Assembly: GCA_026770705.1 (NCBI GenBank) | Contig: JANJGN010001481.1 | Coordinates: 62,001-126,000 of the forward strand | Reading direction: 5' to 3' | Length of the DNA stretch: 64,000 nucleotides | Source of the DNA: Isurus oxyrinchus | Lineage: Eukaryota | Shown: positions 23,366-37,130 of the stretch, piece after piece | Layout of the letters: each line of letters opens with the position of its first letter | Numbering within the stretch: the first letter of the stretch is position 1 | Translations under genes and position numbers: made by a program | The notes under the pieces: generated by a model | Database searches by the model: none | Seen by the model: only the letters and a program-made list of their open reading frames with translations | What the model was told of the DNA's origin: nothing

Positions 23366-24123
23366 CACGCTCAGTATTTTCAGGCTGCACCACTTGGTGT
23401 TGTGTCTCGTCACTTCAAACCTCTCCTTGAACCCCTCTTCAGGCCTGGGCTCTGAGGTACCCACCGAGGTGACCATGAGCTGCAGCCCTGCCCCGGGGTG
23501 CTGACGGTACCAGGACATGGAGCTGTCACTGCTGTCGTTCTGGTAACAGCCCATCTCCACCATCTCCCCTTTTCCCACGGACAATCTCTTGGGCCACTGG
23601 GTAATGAGAGCGCTCCTGCAGACAGCTACAGAGAAACACTTTTATTACATTAAAAAACAAACCACAGACACATAGGGTCAAACATCAACTTTCTGGTGAT
23701 GGGGCCGGTTCTGTACATGTTAAACCACTAGAATCCGTAGAATTGGATTGGGGGACTGTGCCTGCCCATCTCTGGCGAGGCCATTTCCAATTAAACCCCC
23801 ACTCCCGTGCCCTTTACCGTCAGCCCGAGCAATATTACCCCATTTGGAAATTTACCCCGTCCCTTGTGTGGGGCACAAGTTGCAGCTGCTTCCCCAGCCT
23901 CTCATGCAATGTATTCTCCAGACCACAGCCACTCACTGCTTCAGTCAGTAAGGAACCTGCTCAATCTCTTCACTGACCGAAGCCTTTCTGCAGCTTCTAA
24001 TGCTCCAAGAATTGAAGTTTCCCCCCAAAAGCAGGTTTAGAGCGGCCAGGGTTGGCCTACAAAGGATGAAAAGTAACCTGGGAGCAGCAGAAACATGAGG
24101 TACAGGAAAGCACTGTGCAGCAT
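23366..24123 (-). pseudogene. 3'-truncated TCR V pseudogene V4, type B (leader 24078-24123, V remnant 23366-23625)
   Basis: MLHSAFLYLMFLLLPAVCRS-ALITQWPKRLSVGKGEMVEMGC...WCSLKILSV, then non-V sequence. The YYC motif and RSS are missing. Confidence 0.9.
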
Positions 24124-24377
24124 GATGCTGGAATCATGAACCACCCTGGGTCAATCCTTCTGCTCCATCCCAGCTCTCAGACAGACACACTGCAGCTCCA
24201 AATCCACTGTCACTCCTCTCGGGTTTGGGGGTGTGGAGACGACAACATTTCAGCAACACCCACAAGGTGTTTACTGGCCCGTTTCTTACCCGAGACAAAC
24301 AGCCACCCCTTTTCCTGTCTGTGGATAGCAGAATGATAAGTACACGGCGTTGTCTGGCAAGGTGCAGGACATTGCAT

Positions 24378-25755
24378 GCACTGTCAGAGGGTCAGTACTG
24401 AGGGAGTGCTGCACTGTCAGAGGGTCAGTACTGAGGGAGTGCTGCACAGTCGGAGGGTCAGTACTGAGGGAGTGCTGCACAGTCGGATGGTCAGTACTGA
24501 GGGAGTGCTGCACTGTCGGAAGGTCAGTACAGAGGGAGAGCTGCACTGTCAGAGGTTCAGTACTGAGGGAGTACTGCACTGTCAGGTGGTCAGTACTGAG
24601 GGAGTGCTGCACTGTCAGAGGGTCAGTTCTGAGGGAGTGCTGCACTGTCAGAGGGTCAGTACTGAGCGAGTGCTGCACTGTCAGAGGGTCAGTAAAGAGG
24701 GAGTGCTGCACTGTCAGAGGGTAAGTACTGAGTGAGTGCTGCACTGTCGGAAGGTCAGTTCTGAGGGTGTGCAGCACTGTCGGAGGGTCAGCACTGAGGC
24801 AGTGCTGCACTGTTGGAAGGTCAGTTCTGAGGGAGTGCTGCACTGTCAGAGGGTCACCACTGAGGGCGTACTGCACTGTCAGAGGGTCAGCACTGAGGGA
24901 GTGCTGCACTGTCAGAGGGTCAGTACTGGGGGAGTGCTGCACTGTTGGAGGGTCACTACTGAGGGAGTGCTGCACTGTCAGCAGTTTAGCACTGAGGGAG
25001 TGCTGCACTCTCGGAGGGTCAGTACTGAGGGAGCCCTGCACTGTCAGAGGGTCTGCACTGAGGGAGTGCTGCACTGTCAGAGGGTCTGCACTGAGGGAGT
25101 GCTGCGCTGTCGGAGGGTCAGCACTGAGGGAGTGCTGCACTGTCAGAGGGTCAGTACTGAGGGAGTGCTGCACTGTCGGAGGGTCAGCACTGAGGGAGTG
25201 CTGCAATGTCGGAGGGTCAGCACTGAGGGAGTGCTGCACTGTCAGAGGGTCAGTACTGAGGGAGTACTGCACTGTCGGAGGGTCAGTACTGAGGGAGTAC
25301 TGCACTGTCGGAGGGTCAGTACTGACGGAGTGCTGCACTGTTGGAGGGTCAGTACTGAGGGAGTGCTGCACTGTCAGAGGGTCAGTAATGAGGGTGTACC
25401 GCACTGTCAGAGGGTCAGTACTGAGGGAGTGCTGCACTGTTGGAGGGTCTGCACTGAGGGAGTGCCGCACTGTCAGAGGGTCAGTATTGAGGGAGTGCTG
25501 CACTGTCAGAGGGTCAGCACTGAGGGAGTGCTGCACTGTCGGAGGGTCAGTAATGAGGGTGTACCGCACTGTCAGAGGGTCAGCACTGAGGGAGTACTGC
25601 ACTGTCAGAGGGTCAGTACTGAGGGAGTGCTGCAGTGTCGGAGGGTCAGTACTGAGGGAGTGCTGCACTGTCGGAGGGTCAGCACTGAGGGAGTGCTGCA
25701 CTGTCAGAGGGTCAGTACTGAGGGAGTGCTGCACTGTCAGAGGCTCAGCACTGAG
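24378..25755. repeat. 33-bp minisatellite (~42 units)
   Basis: Unit CACTGTCAGAGGGTCAGTACTGAGGGAGTGCTG. Confidence 0.95.
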
Positions 25756-26204
25756 ACAGTGCTGTGTGATGAAATCGTCAGCATCGAAGGGGTTTCCAAT
25801 GTTGCAGAGTTCATACTGAGGTTCCGCTGTATTCCATGAATCTATAATGTGGAGATGCTGCACTCTCCAATGTACTGAGTGAACCCTACACTGTCTTCCG
25901 ACTGCCACGTGAAGCAGATCTTCCAGAATCGAAGCAACGTAGAAATGGTGTGGGGCATACGCTGTTGAAGAGGCACAAGGAGAGTACAGACAAAAGATAC
26001 AAGACAAGAGATCCCGAATAACTAAGGAGCAATGCAAGAGGAGCCAAGGGCAGGGACAGTGGTTGCAGCCATGCTCCTGGCTGAGTTTTAATGACAAAAT
26101 AATGAAAACCTCCAGCCAAAAAAGCAAACAAATAACATGAAAACAAAGATCCGAGGCAACAGAAACAACAGGATGAAATGGTGGGGGTGGGGGTTTCATA
26201 ATCT

Positions 26205-27690
26205 GCAGCTGTTGAATTCAGAGCTGAGCCTGAGGTGCGGTGAAAGGCCTGGTGCTGAGGCTGGGCCAGTTGCCTTTGGAAGGGGACAGGGTGCCACAGG
26301 AGTTAGAGGAGTCGGCCAGGGTGCTGCAGAGTGAACGCTGATAGAGAAGCGGAGGTCAAGCTGTGTTTGGCTTAAGGGCTGTGCTGAGGCTGGTTGAAAT
26401 GGGTCAAGGTGTTGACTTGAATGTGAATTCTAATGGGTTGGGGAGTGAGGAGGACAGAAATCTGGCCACAGTTCTCGGGGAGAGAGGGAAAGGATTAAGA
26501 GTACATGAGTGTGAAATGGGTCATGCATGAGTGAGAGCCTCCTCAAATGCAGTGAGTCAGGAGCGATCCTCGGTTGAGGAAAAGGAAGACATATGTGAAG
26601 CAATGTTGTGGAAGGTTGCAGAGTCGGAAATGATGCAAGCGAGACAGGAAAGGGGAGAATCGATTGGAGTCCTTACAGTAGGATGTGTGTGAGGAAGTGC
26701 AGCCACAGTCAGTGAAGATGTGGAAGTGTGCGGGCCCTTGGTGATTATTAGTAGGTTGACTACCCCCCCGAAATGGAGGCATAGAAGGTGAGGAAGTGAA
26801 GTGAATTGTGGAAAGTGAAGTCGATGGAGGGCTGGAAACTGGAAGGAAAGCTGATGAAGGATTCTGGTTCTGCATGAGGGCAGGAAACACCATCGATGTG
26901 TACTTTGTGGGGGGGGTGGGGTGTAACAGCCTAGGTAGGAGGCAGAGTAGGGCTGGAAAAGGGAACGTCCCACATAACCCACAAAGAGACAGGTATAATT
27001 GGGATTTACCATAACAACACCTTTTATTTCGAGGAAGTGAGATGTACTAATGGAGGCAATGCTCAATTCCAGAACAAGTTCAGCCAAGGTTCTGATCTCA
27101 ATCCTTTCCCTCTCTCCAAAAACCACGACCCCTGATTTCCATTCTCCCCGCTTCCCAACCCACTCGATTTCATATTCAAAGGAACGTCTTGGGCCAGCGC
27201 TGTTGAAAGCGGAGTGATTGAGTCGCTGTCCAAGGGAGAATCAGAGAGCACTCTGACCATTCTGGTAGGATATTGAGGTGTAGAGGTATTGGATGCCCAC
27301 AGTGGACAGGTGGCCTCGAAGACCTTCGTATTGTTCAAGTCACATAGGGGCCATCACAAGAGGCACAGATGTGGGTGGGGAGAGGCTGGACAAGTGGAGA
27401 AAAGATTGAGTGAATATAGGAAGCAGTAAGTTCAGTTCTGCAGGAGCAGGCTGAAGATGGGGCTACCAGGGGAGTCCTGTTTGTGGATTATAGAAAGGAG
27501 ATGGAAGTGAGCTGTTGAGCATTGGCCAACTATGCGTTGCAAAGCTGTGGAGGAAAGGCCTCCAGTGGAACTAAAGTCAGCAGCAGTGCTGAAAGCAATG
27601 GCTTGATGCTCCGTGGTGGGGTCATGGTTCAGAGGAGCTAGGAAGGAGTGCCTGGGAGCTGACATTCATCCTCTGCATGTAGAGGTCTGT
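26205..27690 (-). mobile_element. Old degenerate Penelope-like RT relic; copies at ~47573-49058 and ~55007-56494
   Basis: Fragments LNHDPTTEHQAI, TLAELVLE, HFLEIKGVVM..PNYTCLFVGYV and FSPFLSRL match the young PLE protein, with many frameshifts. Confidence 0.8.
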
Positions 27691-28069
27691 ACAGCGTACA
27701 CCGATAGCAGCAACTTCTCAGCAGTTCTGATAGAAAGATTATTGAACATTATTCTCACCAGACGTCGAAGCCACAGTGCAGAATGTGCTACACATCACTG
27801 CATGGTGTGTACTACATTGAGGATGTTACCCTGCTAGCTTTTTCATTCGAAGCAGAAACCCCCCTTCATATCACCGCCAACCATACCTGCCCACCCAGAT
27901 TTCTTAAAACAAGAATCACGGTGTTGCAACTGGAGTGAGCTGGTTCTCTCCAGCGTTCCCACACAGAGCGCCCAAGTGAAATGGAATAGATCCCCAGTCA
28001 CCATCCACACTCTCAACACATGGGGCGCTAGAGCAGGAAACGGCTGACTGGTGAAAACTGAGGACACTG

Positions 28070-29850
28070 CGGGGAAACCTGTCATTGAAGCCAAGTGACC
28101 CAGAGGGACCCGAGCAAGAAACCTCTGAATGCACCGGGAGACGCCAGGAACAAGTTCCAAGAGGCTGTCAGGGCGGTGCAGCCTAGATCTGACCAGAATG
28201 ACTGCTGGTTACAACTCAGCCAGAACACCCAGGTGTCCTACCACACGGGGAATGGCAAGGGGCATACATGTCGCTATCAGAAAGGGAACAGGTCACTCGG
28301 TGAAGAAAGCTGCTCAATTCAAAAGAGAGGCGGGGGAGGTCATCACTGACTGCAATAAGCTGCTGGTGAGATGGTGTCACATTGGGTGGTACTCTAGGGA
28401 GAAGACTGTTACCGAGGAAGCGCCAGGCATCCGGCAGAGGTGCTGCCTGTCATGGGCAGAGTGAAATTCGAATGAGCATTGGAGGGGTTTCTGAAAGCTG
28501 TGGAATCACCAGCAATTATGGGCAGAGCTCCAGGGGCTGATGATATACCACCTTGAAATCATCAAGCACAGGACATTAGCTCTCCTGCAGCATCTGCATG
28601 AAGTGGACTGGAGCGAGCGGGCAGCTGCCCAGGTATCTGTGTGTTGCAAAGATGCACAGGAACCAGGCAGCAATTCTAACAATGATAGAGGAGTCACCCT
28701 GCTGGGCAAGGTAGGAAAGGCATCAGACTGCAGGATTTGGCTGAGAACATCTACCTAGAATCCCAGTGTGACTTCCTCAGTGGAAGACCTCCAGCTGACA
28801 TGACCTCTGAGTCAGGCAGCAGCAAGAGAAATGCCGTGACCACGGAGACCACGACACATTCCAGTCAGGCAGCCCATGAAGCCTTTCACCCCATGTGATG
28901 AGTGGCAGTCTGTCTAGGGTGCTGGAGAGAACTGGCTGTCACCAAATATTCTGGATGTGATCTTCTCTTCCCACAGCAACATACTAGGTAAACTCAGCTG
29001 CGACAACTGGACATTGGAACCCTTTAAGACCCACAGTGTTACAGGCAGAGCGTCGAGCAGCTCCGGCAGTGTTTGACCTGTTCATTTTCTAGCTGCTGTC
29101 ATGTGCTGACAGGTCACCTACAGATGGGGGAACTACTTACCGATCAGAACAGATGGGAAAACATGTGTTGCTCTGAGATCCATGGCACCAAGCCCTCAGC
29201 AGTGAGTTACTCACGGCTGACATCCCGCACTTACAATCCATACTGAGGAACAGCAGCAGCGCGATACAGGCAGAGCAGCTCACACCTGTAAATAATTCCG
29301 CTTGTGTATCAGCAACAGGAAGAAACATGTCCTGGCCTATGAAGTTGCCATGCCACCATTGATAGCTCCTCTTACCTAGGCTCCACAATCACCAGCAATC
29401 TGTCACTTCATGTCCAAACCAGCACACACACTGCACAAGCTCTGACTGTGATGAAACAGTGTAAGATATTGTGAGGTAACATCAACCTTACCAAGAACTT
29501 TGTCAAAGCCGCATTGGCAGGTGTGCTCCAATCTACACGGTGAGACCTGAGCACCATGGGCTAGGCAGGAAGACAGGCTCTCTCAGGCGTCTCCTCAGCA
29601 TCTCTCACCAGGGGCAAGGTCACCATGTCAGCCACTTCCATCAGCGCACACTCATTACTAATCCATGGATACCCTGGGCAAGCCCCTCCACGTTCACCGG
29701 ATGGGGAGGTGGTTGTACACTCAACGCCCCTCCTGCACAGTCAGTTGGCCACTGGGTCACCACATCTTGGCCATTCACACCTCTGTTACGAAGACAATTG
29801 CAAAGGCAGAACTGAAGCTGGAGGGAGTGGACGTTGCAAACAGGACGATG
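28070..29850 (+). mobile_element. Degenerate RTE-clade LINE relic; copies at ~49440-50330 (internally deleted) and ~56875-58650
   Basis: Frameshifted remnants GRAPGADDIPP-EIIK, NNDRGVTLLGKVGK, ESQCDF, YLGSTITSNLSL, HVHRM and YED(N/T)CK, in the order expected for RTE reverse transcriptase. Confidence 0.7.
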
Positions 29851-29851
29851 G

Positions 29852-29941
29852 TCTCTGGCCTGTGGGGATGGGACTGTTTGGGTTCTCTTAGCTCAGGTTG
29901 TCTCTGGCCTGTGGAGGTGGGGCTGTTTGGGTTCTCTTAGT
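29852..29941. repeat. 49-bp VNTR (~2 units here, ~5 at 50333-50569, ~4 at 58655-58842)
   Basis: Unit GTCTCTGGCCTGTGGAGGTGGGACTGTTTGGGTTCTCTTAGCTCAGGTT. Confidence 0.9.
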
Positions 29942-31498
29942 CCATCTCTCCCCAGTGGATTTGTCCCTCGCCCATGGATCCCTCCTTTCTCTCTCTCTGC
30001 CCTCTCGGTTCCACATTGTGTGCAGAAACAGAAAGTTCCTCCATCTGTGGAGGGGACTGAGGAGAGACGGAGGCCACAGTGAATGGTTCACATTCCGCAC
30101 CCACTGCCTTCATTGTCCGCAAACGGCAGCGGAGGTGGAGAAGCCAGGGTCTGGGCTCTTGAGCCACACCGGGTGATGCTGGACAGAGGGTTGACCCGAC
30201 ACGGCCACAAACCATTTCCCACACACCCATATCCTCACCTGAAACACTGAATCACTCACATCATTGATGTTTGAATGTTCCCCAAGTCTGAACGGGGTTT
30301 GTTTGGTGGGAGGGAGGAGTGTGGGAAGGGAGGAGTGTGGGGAGGGGGGAGTGGGGGAGGGAGTGGGTGGAGTGGCCGGGGGGTTAGTGTGGGGAGTGGG
30401 GGAGGGAGTGGGGGGAAGGGGGGAGTGGGTGTAGGGGGAACAAAGTGGGGGAGGGGTGAATGCAGGAGGGATTGGGGGGAGGGGGGAAGGACGGAGTAGG
30501 TGGAGGGGGGACTGGGGGGTGGGGGTATTGGGGGCAGTGGGGGGTGGGGGGAGTGGCCGGGGGGTTAGTGTGGGGAGTGGGGTGGTGGGGGGAATGGGGG
30601 TGGGGAGAGTGCGGGAGGGAGTGGGGGGAAGGGGGAAGGGGGGAGTAGGTGGAGGGGGGACAGAGGGGGGAGGGAGTGGGGGCAGTGGGGGGTGGGGAGG
30701 GGGGAGTGGGGGGTGGGGGAGTGGGGAGGGGGCAGTGGGGGGTGGGGTGAGTGGGGGGTGTAGAGAGAGAGAGAGAGTTTGCTAGTTTCCCTCCAGCCTG
30801 TGTATGAAGATTTGCTTCACACAAACCTCCCCGAAAGGACTTGCGCTTCTTATTTGAAGTGTTAATGCGCCAGCTTATATCTCATTTGGAAGGTGATTAT
30901 TATTCTGGTTTGATTTGTTAACATTATTTTTGATTGGCCAGCTGGATGTTACCATTTCACAGTGAGGTAATTTGGTAAAGGAGAGAGAGCGGTTAATGAT
31001 GGATCCTTCATGGAGATTTGGAGCTGACCAGCTCACAGCCCTATCAGGACTGGCTCCTGGTTTCATGTCCGAGTCCCTGTGAACACCAGCAGCGCAGGGA
31101 CAAGCCGCAGTGTCTGTGGGAACATTGGAAAAGCACAGATTAGGCACTGCTGGAATGAGATGAAGCCTCAGAACAGTTTCAAATAGGTGCGATAGGCCGG
31201 GGGGAGGGCGCTGCCCTGTATAATCCGCCGCTTATTCCAGCCTCTTTGTTTTTATTGGTCTTCATTATGGAAAGGATTTGCTGTGGGAGGTAGGTTTGGA
31301 CTTGTCATTCAGGTCAGACTGAAAGGCATTGGGACATTTTATCCACTGGGAAGGTTGCAGTAAAAACCACATAGATCTTCACCAATATCCAGGTGGTTGC
31401 AGCACCACCACTTACTGGAGTTTACAGAGGTTTTAGCTCCCAGGAGAACAGAGTGGGGATGTTTTTGAACAAGATCTACACCTGTTTGAGTCTCTGTG

Positions 31499-32428
31499 TT
31501 CACTCGCAGCGCAGTAATAAACCGCAGGGTCAGTCAGCTCCACGCTCAGTACTTTCAGGCTGCACAACTTAATCTCGGATCTGGTGACATTAAACCTCTT
31601 CTTGAACCCCTCTTCATAGGTGGGATTCGAACCGGTAACCGAGGTGACCATGAGCTGCAGCCCTGCTCCGGGGTGCTGCCGATACCAGTACATGTAGTTC
31701 TCGCTGGTATCGTTCTGGTAACAGCCCATCTCCACCGTGTCCCCCTCTCTAACGGACAGACGGCTCGGCCACTGGGAAACCAGGGCGCTCCTGCAGGAGG
31801 CTGAGGAGGGAGGTGAGAGACAGAGCGGATCAGAAATGAACTGGCACCATCAGGATGTGGAGAAAGCTATTGTCGAATCTCACAGCGCAGCTCTCGGTCG
31901 CTCAGCTCCCTTCACCCAGAAACAGAACCATAATGTCTGGGTGCCCAGTGTCGCCCCAGCTCAGTGGTAGCGGCGCTCTCTGGAGATACTTGTCCTGGGT
32001 GCAGATTTGTGTGCAATACTGCTGCCCAGCAGCTTCCCATACCCCACACCGCTAACTCTGCCGCGTTCGCCGCGCCCCACACACTTTAACTCTCCAGTGA
32101 GACGGACTCTTCCTGCTCAGTGAGGCTGCTCACCTCCCCAGCTCGGCTGCCAAGGGGCTTTGCATTTGTATGTAGTCCTATCCCCTTTCCCTCAACCCTT
32201 TGTCCAGCAGATATTCCCCGCCCGTCTATTGTTCCCAGTTACTTTGGCAGAATGCAACTTCCGCACTATGACTGGCAACACCGAGCTCAACAATATCCAA
32301 TTCTACAAATGATCCAACTGAATGAATTGTCGCTTCAGCAACAGGAAGCCCATTCCCCCTTACAAATATTCCTTGTAACCTGGTAGCAGCAGCAGCAACA
32401 GTGGAGAGAGATTCACTGTCCAGCCCAT
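31499..32428 (-). CDS. TCR V gene segment V5, type A (leader 32380-32428, V exon 31499-31800)
   Basis: Intact. CDR1 TSENY, CDR2 TGSNPTY, HV4 FNVTRSEIKL, ends CAASE, 23-RSS. Confidence 0.92.
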
Positions 32429-33677
32429 GATGCGGGACTTTCACACGCTCTCTCAAACTCGCAGCTTCGCCCGCTTTCACAGACTGGAGTTATACTGCCG
32501 CTGCGCCTCGTGATATGGCTGCGTGCGGAAGTGATGTCATTGGAAGCTCCCTCAACAGGACAGGTCCTTGCTGACCAAAGCACAGCAGGTGGCCCTTCCG
32601 TAGCCGGCCAGGTGAGAAGGATGAATATCCAGCTCTGACTGCCATGTGGAAATTGGATCCATGGCCGGAATTTACTCAGGGGCTTTTGTTTCCTTATTTG
32701 TTCCCGGGATGTGGCCTTCACTGGCCCAGCCCAGCAATTATAGCCCGTTCCTAACTGGGAAGGAATGTTCCAGTCAAAGCGCCCTAGGAAGGTCCTGCCT
32801 CGCTTGTTGAATGTCGCCCCGCCTTTCGCTTGGCTGTGGAAGTGGCTGCATATCATGGAGGTCCAGAGAAAACCCCCTCCCCCATTGTCCCTCCAAACAA
32901 GGCAGATGTCTCTTTCCTGCCTGGTCACTGGGTGGGGTTAACAATACAGGTGGTCAGGCTGCCTGGCAATGTGCATTGTGTTACAGATGATTGGTTGCAA
33001 AGATTGGAACCAGTTGGCCGCATGTGGCCTGTGGAGAGATAGTTCATGTGGAAACCCTGTCCAATCCTCTCGAGTTGGTCTAATGTCTCCACTCGGCAGC
33101 TCAGGCTCTCTGCACAGGGAACTGACTTTGACGTCCCATAACAAGCTATTGCTCTTACCCGACAGTATAAGTAGCAGCGAGGAAACACGGACAGCCATTA
33201 TTCAGACAGATCAAGCTGAGGGCCGATCTGATAGATATGTTCCACATTAGGGCCATGGTTAGATTTGGGACTGAAGCTTTTCCCCTTGACAATAATCTAA
33301 GGGAACGGGGGTCGCCGATTAAAGTGGATTCATAAACGGCCGACAGGGGAGATTCAGGTGATTTTTAATTCTAACTGATTGTGTTATTAAGAGGTTACAG
33401 GAAGCAGATTCAGCGGGAACTTTGAGAAGAGATTTGAATGGAACATTATTTCCCTGTCGCTTTGAGGGAATGGAATTACTGAGAAGGGATATGAAGCAGT
33501 TTGAACTGAACACTGTCCCCGTGTTAACCTTCACCTTTCACTCGAGCTAATTCCCTCCGCTTTGGGAGGTGCTGAGTTTGGGGTTCCGAACTGTTGAGAA
33601 GCTGAGACATTGTTCTAGCCAGTCACAATCTTGTGGGAAATCGGACACCCTTCATCAATGATCTGGTGACTTTTACC

Positions 33678-36600
33678 AGATCCCCAGAGGAGATGCGGTC
33701 AGTAACAGTCCTGGAAACAATGGCTTGATGTTCAGTGGTGGGGTCATGGTCCAGGGAGAGGTAGGAGGAAGTGTCTGCGAGTTGACGCTCAGCCTCCGCG
33801 AGGTAGAGGTCAGTGCGCCAGACAACAACAGCACCACCCTTGTCAGCGGGTTTGATGACAATGTCAGGGTTGGACCTGAGAGAATGGAGTGCAGTAAGTT
33901 CAGAGAGAGACCGGTTAGAATGGGTGAGAGGAGCAGAGACATTGAGACGACTAATGTCGCGCCGACTGTTCTCAATGAAAAGTTCAAGAGAAGGTAAGAA
34001 TCCAGAGGGAGGGGTCCAGGTGGAGGGAGAATATTGGAGGTGGGTGGAAGGATCCATTGAATGGGGAGAGGACTCCTGCCCAAAGAAGTGAGCCCGGAGA
34101 CGAAGACGGCGGAAGAAGAGTTCAGCATCGTGCCAAGCCCGAAATTCATTGCGGTGAGGGCGTAAGGGTATGACACTAAGTCCTTTGCTGAGCACTGAAC
34201 GTTCAGCATCGGAGAGGGGAAGGTCAGGGGTATAGTGAATACACGGCTGGGCTTGGGATTGGAAGATGGGGTGGGGACGGAGGGACGGGCAGGGGTGGAG
34301 GGTCCTAGATGGCTGTGACGGTCGATGAGTTGTTGGAGCTTGCATTCCTTAGCACTTGAGAGAAAGAGAAAAAGTTTCTTGTTGAGGCATCGGATAGGAC
34401 GAAGAATAAAATGAAACTGGGGGCGCGCGCAACTTTGAAAAAGGGTACGGCGGTGCTGCTGGAGGGAGAGGTCGTGTGTGTTCATATGGCGGCGCATGGC
34501 ACTGAGTGTGGATTTCAGAATGTGACGGGAACACCAGTCTGAGAAACGTTTTATGTCCCGGAAATATCTCTAATCCTGGGTGGGTTCGAAATCATGAGGG
34601 GTGGAATTTCAGTTGAAATCCACGTGGGGTAATTCGGAGACGGAGACAGTCACTGAGAAAGGAGATATGGCTGTGAAAGCGGGTTTTAATAAACACCTTG
34701 TCAAACACCAGGAGAGAAATGGAAAGCAATGAAGGTGAACAAGGCAACAGAGAGATATGTACATCGTGTCGCAGAGACGAACAGAACTTCTTCAAGGAGG
34801 TAGGCATTTCTGGAAGAGCAGGGGCAGTCAATTAATCACAGATAAAAACAAAAAACTGCCAGCATCGGGGGAGTAGAAAAGAGTTGACGTTTCGAGTCCT
34901 CATGACCCTTCGACAGAACTAGGTGAATCCAAGGAAGGGGTGAAATATAAGCTGGTTTAAGGTGGGGGTGGGGGGTTGGGGGGAGAGGTGTGGGTTGGGT
35001 GGGGGGAGAGAAGTGGAGGGGGGTGGTGTGGTTGTAGGGACAAACAAGCAGCGATTGAAGCAGATCAACAAAAGATGTCACAGACAACAGAACAAAAGAA
35101 CACATAGGTATTAAAGTTGGTGATATTATCTAAACGAATGTGCTAATTAAGAATGGATGGTAGGGCACTCAAGGTACAGCTCTAGTGGGGGTGGGGGGAG
35201 CATAAAAGATTTAAAAATATTTAAAAATAATGGAAATAGCTGGTAAAAAGACAAATCTATATAATTTATTGGAAAAAAAAACAAAAGGAAGTGGGAAGAA
35301 ACAGAAAGGGGGTGGGGATGGGGGAGGGAGCTCACAACCTAAAGTTGTTGAATTCAATATTCAGACCGGAAGGCTGTAAGGTGCCTAGTCGGAAGATGAG
35401 GTGTTGTTCCTCCAGTTTGCGTTGGGCTTCACTGGAACAATGCAGCAAGCCAAGGACAGATATGTGGGCAATAGAGCAGGGTGGAGTGTTGAAATGGCAA
35501 GCGACAGGGAGGTTTGGGTCATTCTTGCGGACAGACCGCAGGTGTTCTGCAAAGCGGTCGCCCAGTTTACGTTTGGTCTCTCCAATGTAGAGGAGACCAC
35601 ATTGGGAGCAACGAATGCAGTAGACTAAGTTGGGGGAAATGCAAGTGAAATGCTGCTTCACTTGAAAGGAGTGTTTGGGCCCTTGGACGGTGAGGAGAGA
35701 GGAAGTGAAGGGGCAGGTGTTACAATTTTTGCGTGGGCATGGGGTGGACCCATAGGAGGGGGTTGAGGAGTAGGGGGTGATGGAGGAGTGGACCAGGGTG
35801 TCCCGGAGGGAACAATCCCTGCGGAATGCCACCGTGGGAGTGAAAGTGAAGATGTGTTTGGTGGGGGCATCATGCTGGAGTTGGCGGAAATGGCGGAGGA
35901 TGATCCTTTGAATGTGGAGGCTGGTGGGGTGATAAGTGAGGACAAGGGGGACACTATCATGTTTCTGGGAGGGAGGAGAAGGTGTGAGGGTGGATGCGCG
36001 GGAGATGGGCCGAACACGCTTGAGGGCCCTGTCAACAACAGTGGGTGGAAAACCTCGGTTAAGGAAGAAGGAGGACATGTCAGAGGAACTGTTTTTGAAG
36101 GTAGCATCATCGGAACAGATGCGACGAAGGCGAAGGAACTGGGAGAATGGGATGGAGTCCTTACAGGAAGCGGGGTGTGAGGAGCTGTAGTCAAGGTAGC
36201 TGTGGGAGTCGGTGGGTTTGTAATGGATATTGGTGGACAGTCTATCACCAGAGATTGAGACAGAGAGGTCAAGGAAGGGAAGGGAAGTGTCAGAGATGGA
36301 CCACGTGAAAATGATGGAGGGGTGGAGATTGGAAGCAAAATTAATAAATTTTTCCAAGTCCCGACGAGAGCTTGAAGCAGCACCGAAGTAATCATCGATG
36401 TACCGGAGAAAGAGTTGTGGAAGGGGGCCGGGGTAGGACTGCAACAAGGAATGTTCCACATACCCCATAAAGAGACAGGCATAGCTGGGGCCCATGCGGG
36501 TACCCATAGCCACACCTTTTATTTGGAGGAAGTGAGAGGAGTTGAAGGAGAAATTGTTCAACGTGAGAACAAGTTCAGCCAGACGGAGGAGAGTAGTGGT

Positions 36601-37130
36601 GGATGGGGATTGTTCGGGCCTCTGTTCGAGGAAGAAGCTAAGGGCCCTCAGACCATCCTGGTGGGGGATGGAGGTGTAGAGGGATTGGACGTCCATGGTG
36701 AAGAGGAAGCGGTTGGGGGCAGGGATTGGAAATTGTTGATGTGACGTAAGGTGTCAGAGGAATCATGGATGTAGGTGGGAAGGGACTGGACAAGGGGAGA
36801 GAGAAGGGAGTCAAGATAACGAGAAATGAGTTCTGTGGGGCAGGAGCAAGCTGAGACGATCGGTCTACCAGGGCAGTTCTGTTTGTGGATTTTGGGTAGG
36901 AGATAGAAGCGGGCCGTCCGAGGTTGGGCGACTATCAGGTTGGAAGCTGTGGGAGGGAGATCCCCAGAGGAGATGAGGTCAGTGACAGTCCTGGAAACAA
37001 TGGCTTGATGTTCAGTGGTGGGGTCATGGTCCAGGGAGAGGTAGGAGGAAGTGTCTGCGAGTTGACGCAGAGCCTCTGTGAGGTAGAGGTCAGTGCGCCA
37101 GACAACAACAGCACCACCCATGTCAGCGGG
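33678..37130 (-). mobile_element. Circularly permuted Penelope-like element P3 (sister copy of P2, 1-nt frameshift near 36725)
   Basis: ORFs at 35332-36696 and 36648-37121. Same junctions and UTR variant as P2. Confidence 0.93.

Noticed and set aside
24378-25755. CRISPR-like array or cryptic RSS array (CACTGTC/CACAGTC)
   Set aside because: Units are contiguous with no unique spacers, the context is eukaryotic, and no nonamers occur at 12- or 23-nt spacing.
24286-26199. Long Cys/His-rich repetitive ORFs (CCTVRGSVLRE, VQHSLSTDPLT), also at 45.5-47.2 kb and 53.3-54.6 kb
   Set aside because: They are artefacts of a 33-bp repeat (a multiple of 3) that is open in several frames on both strands.
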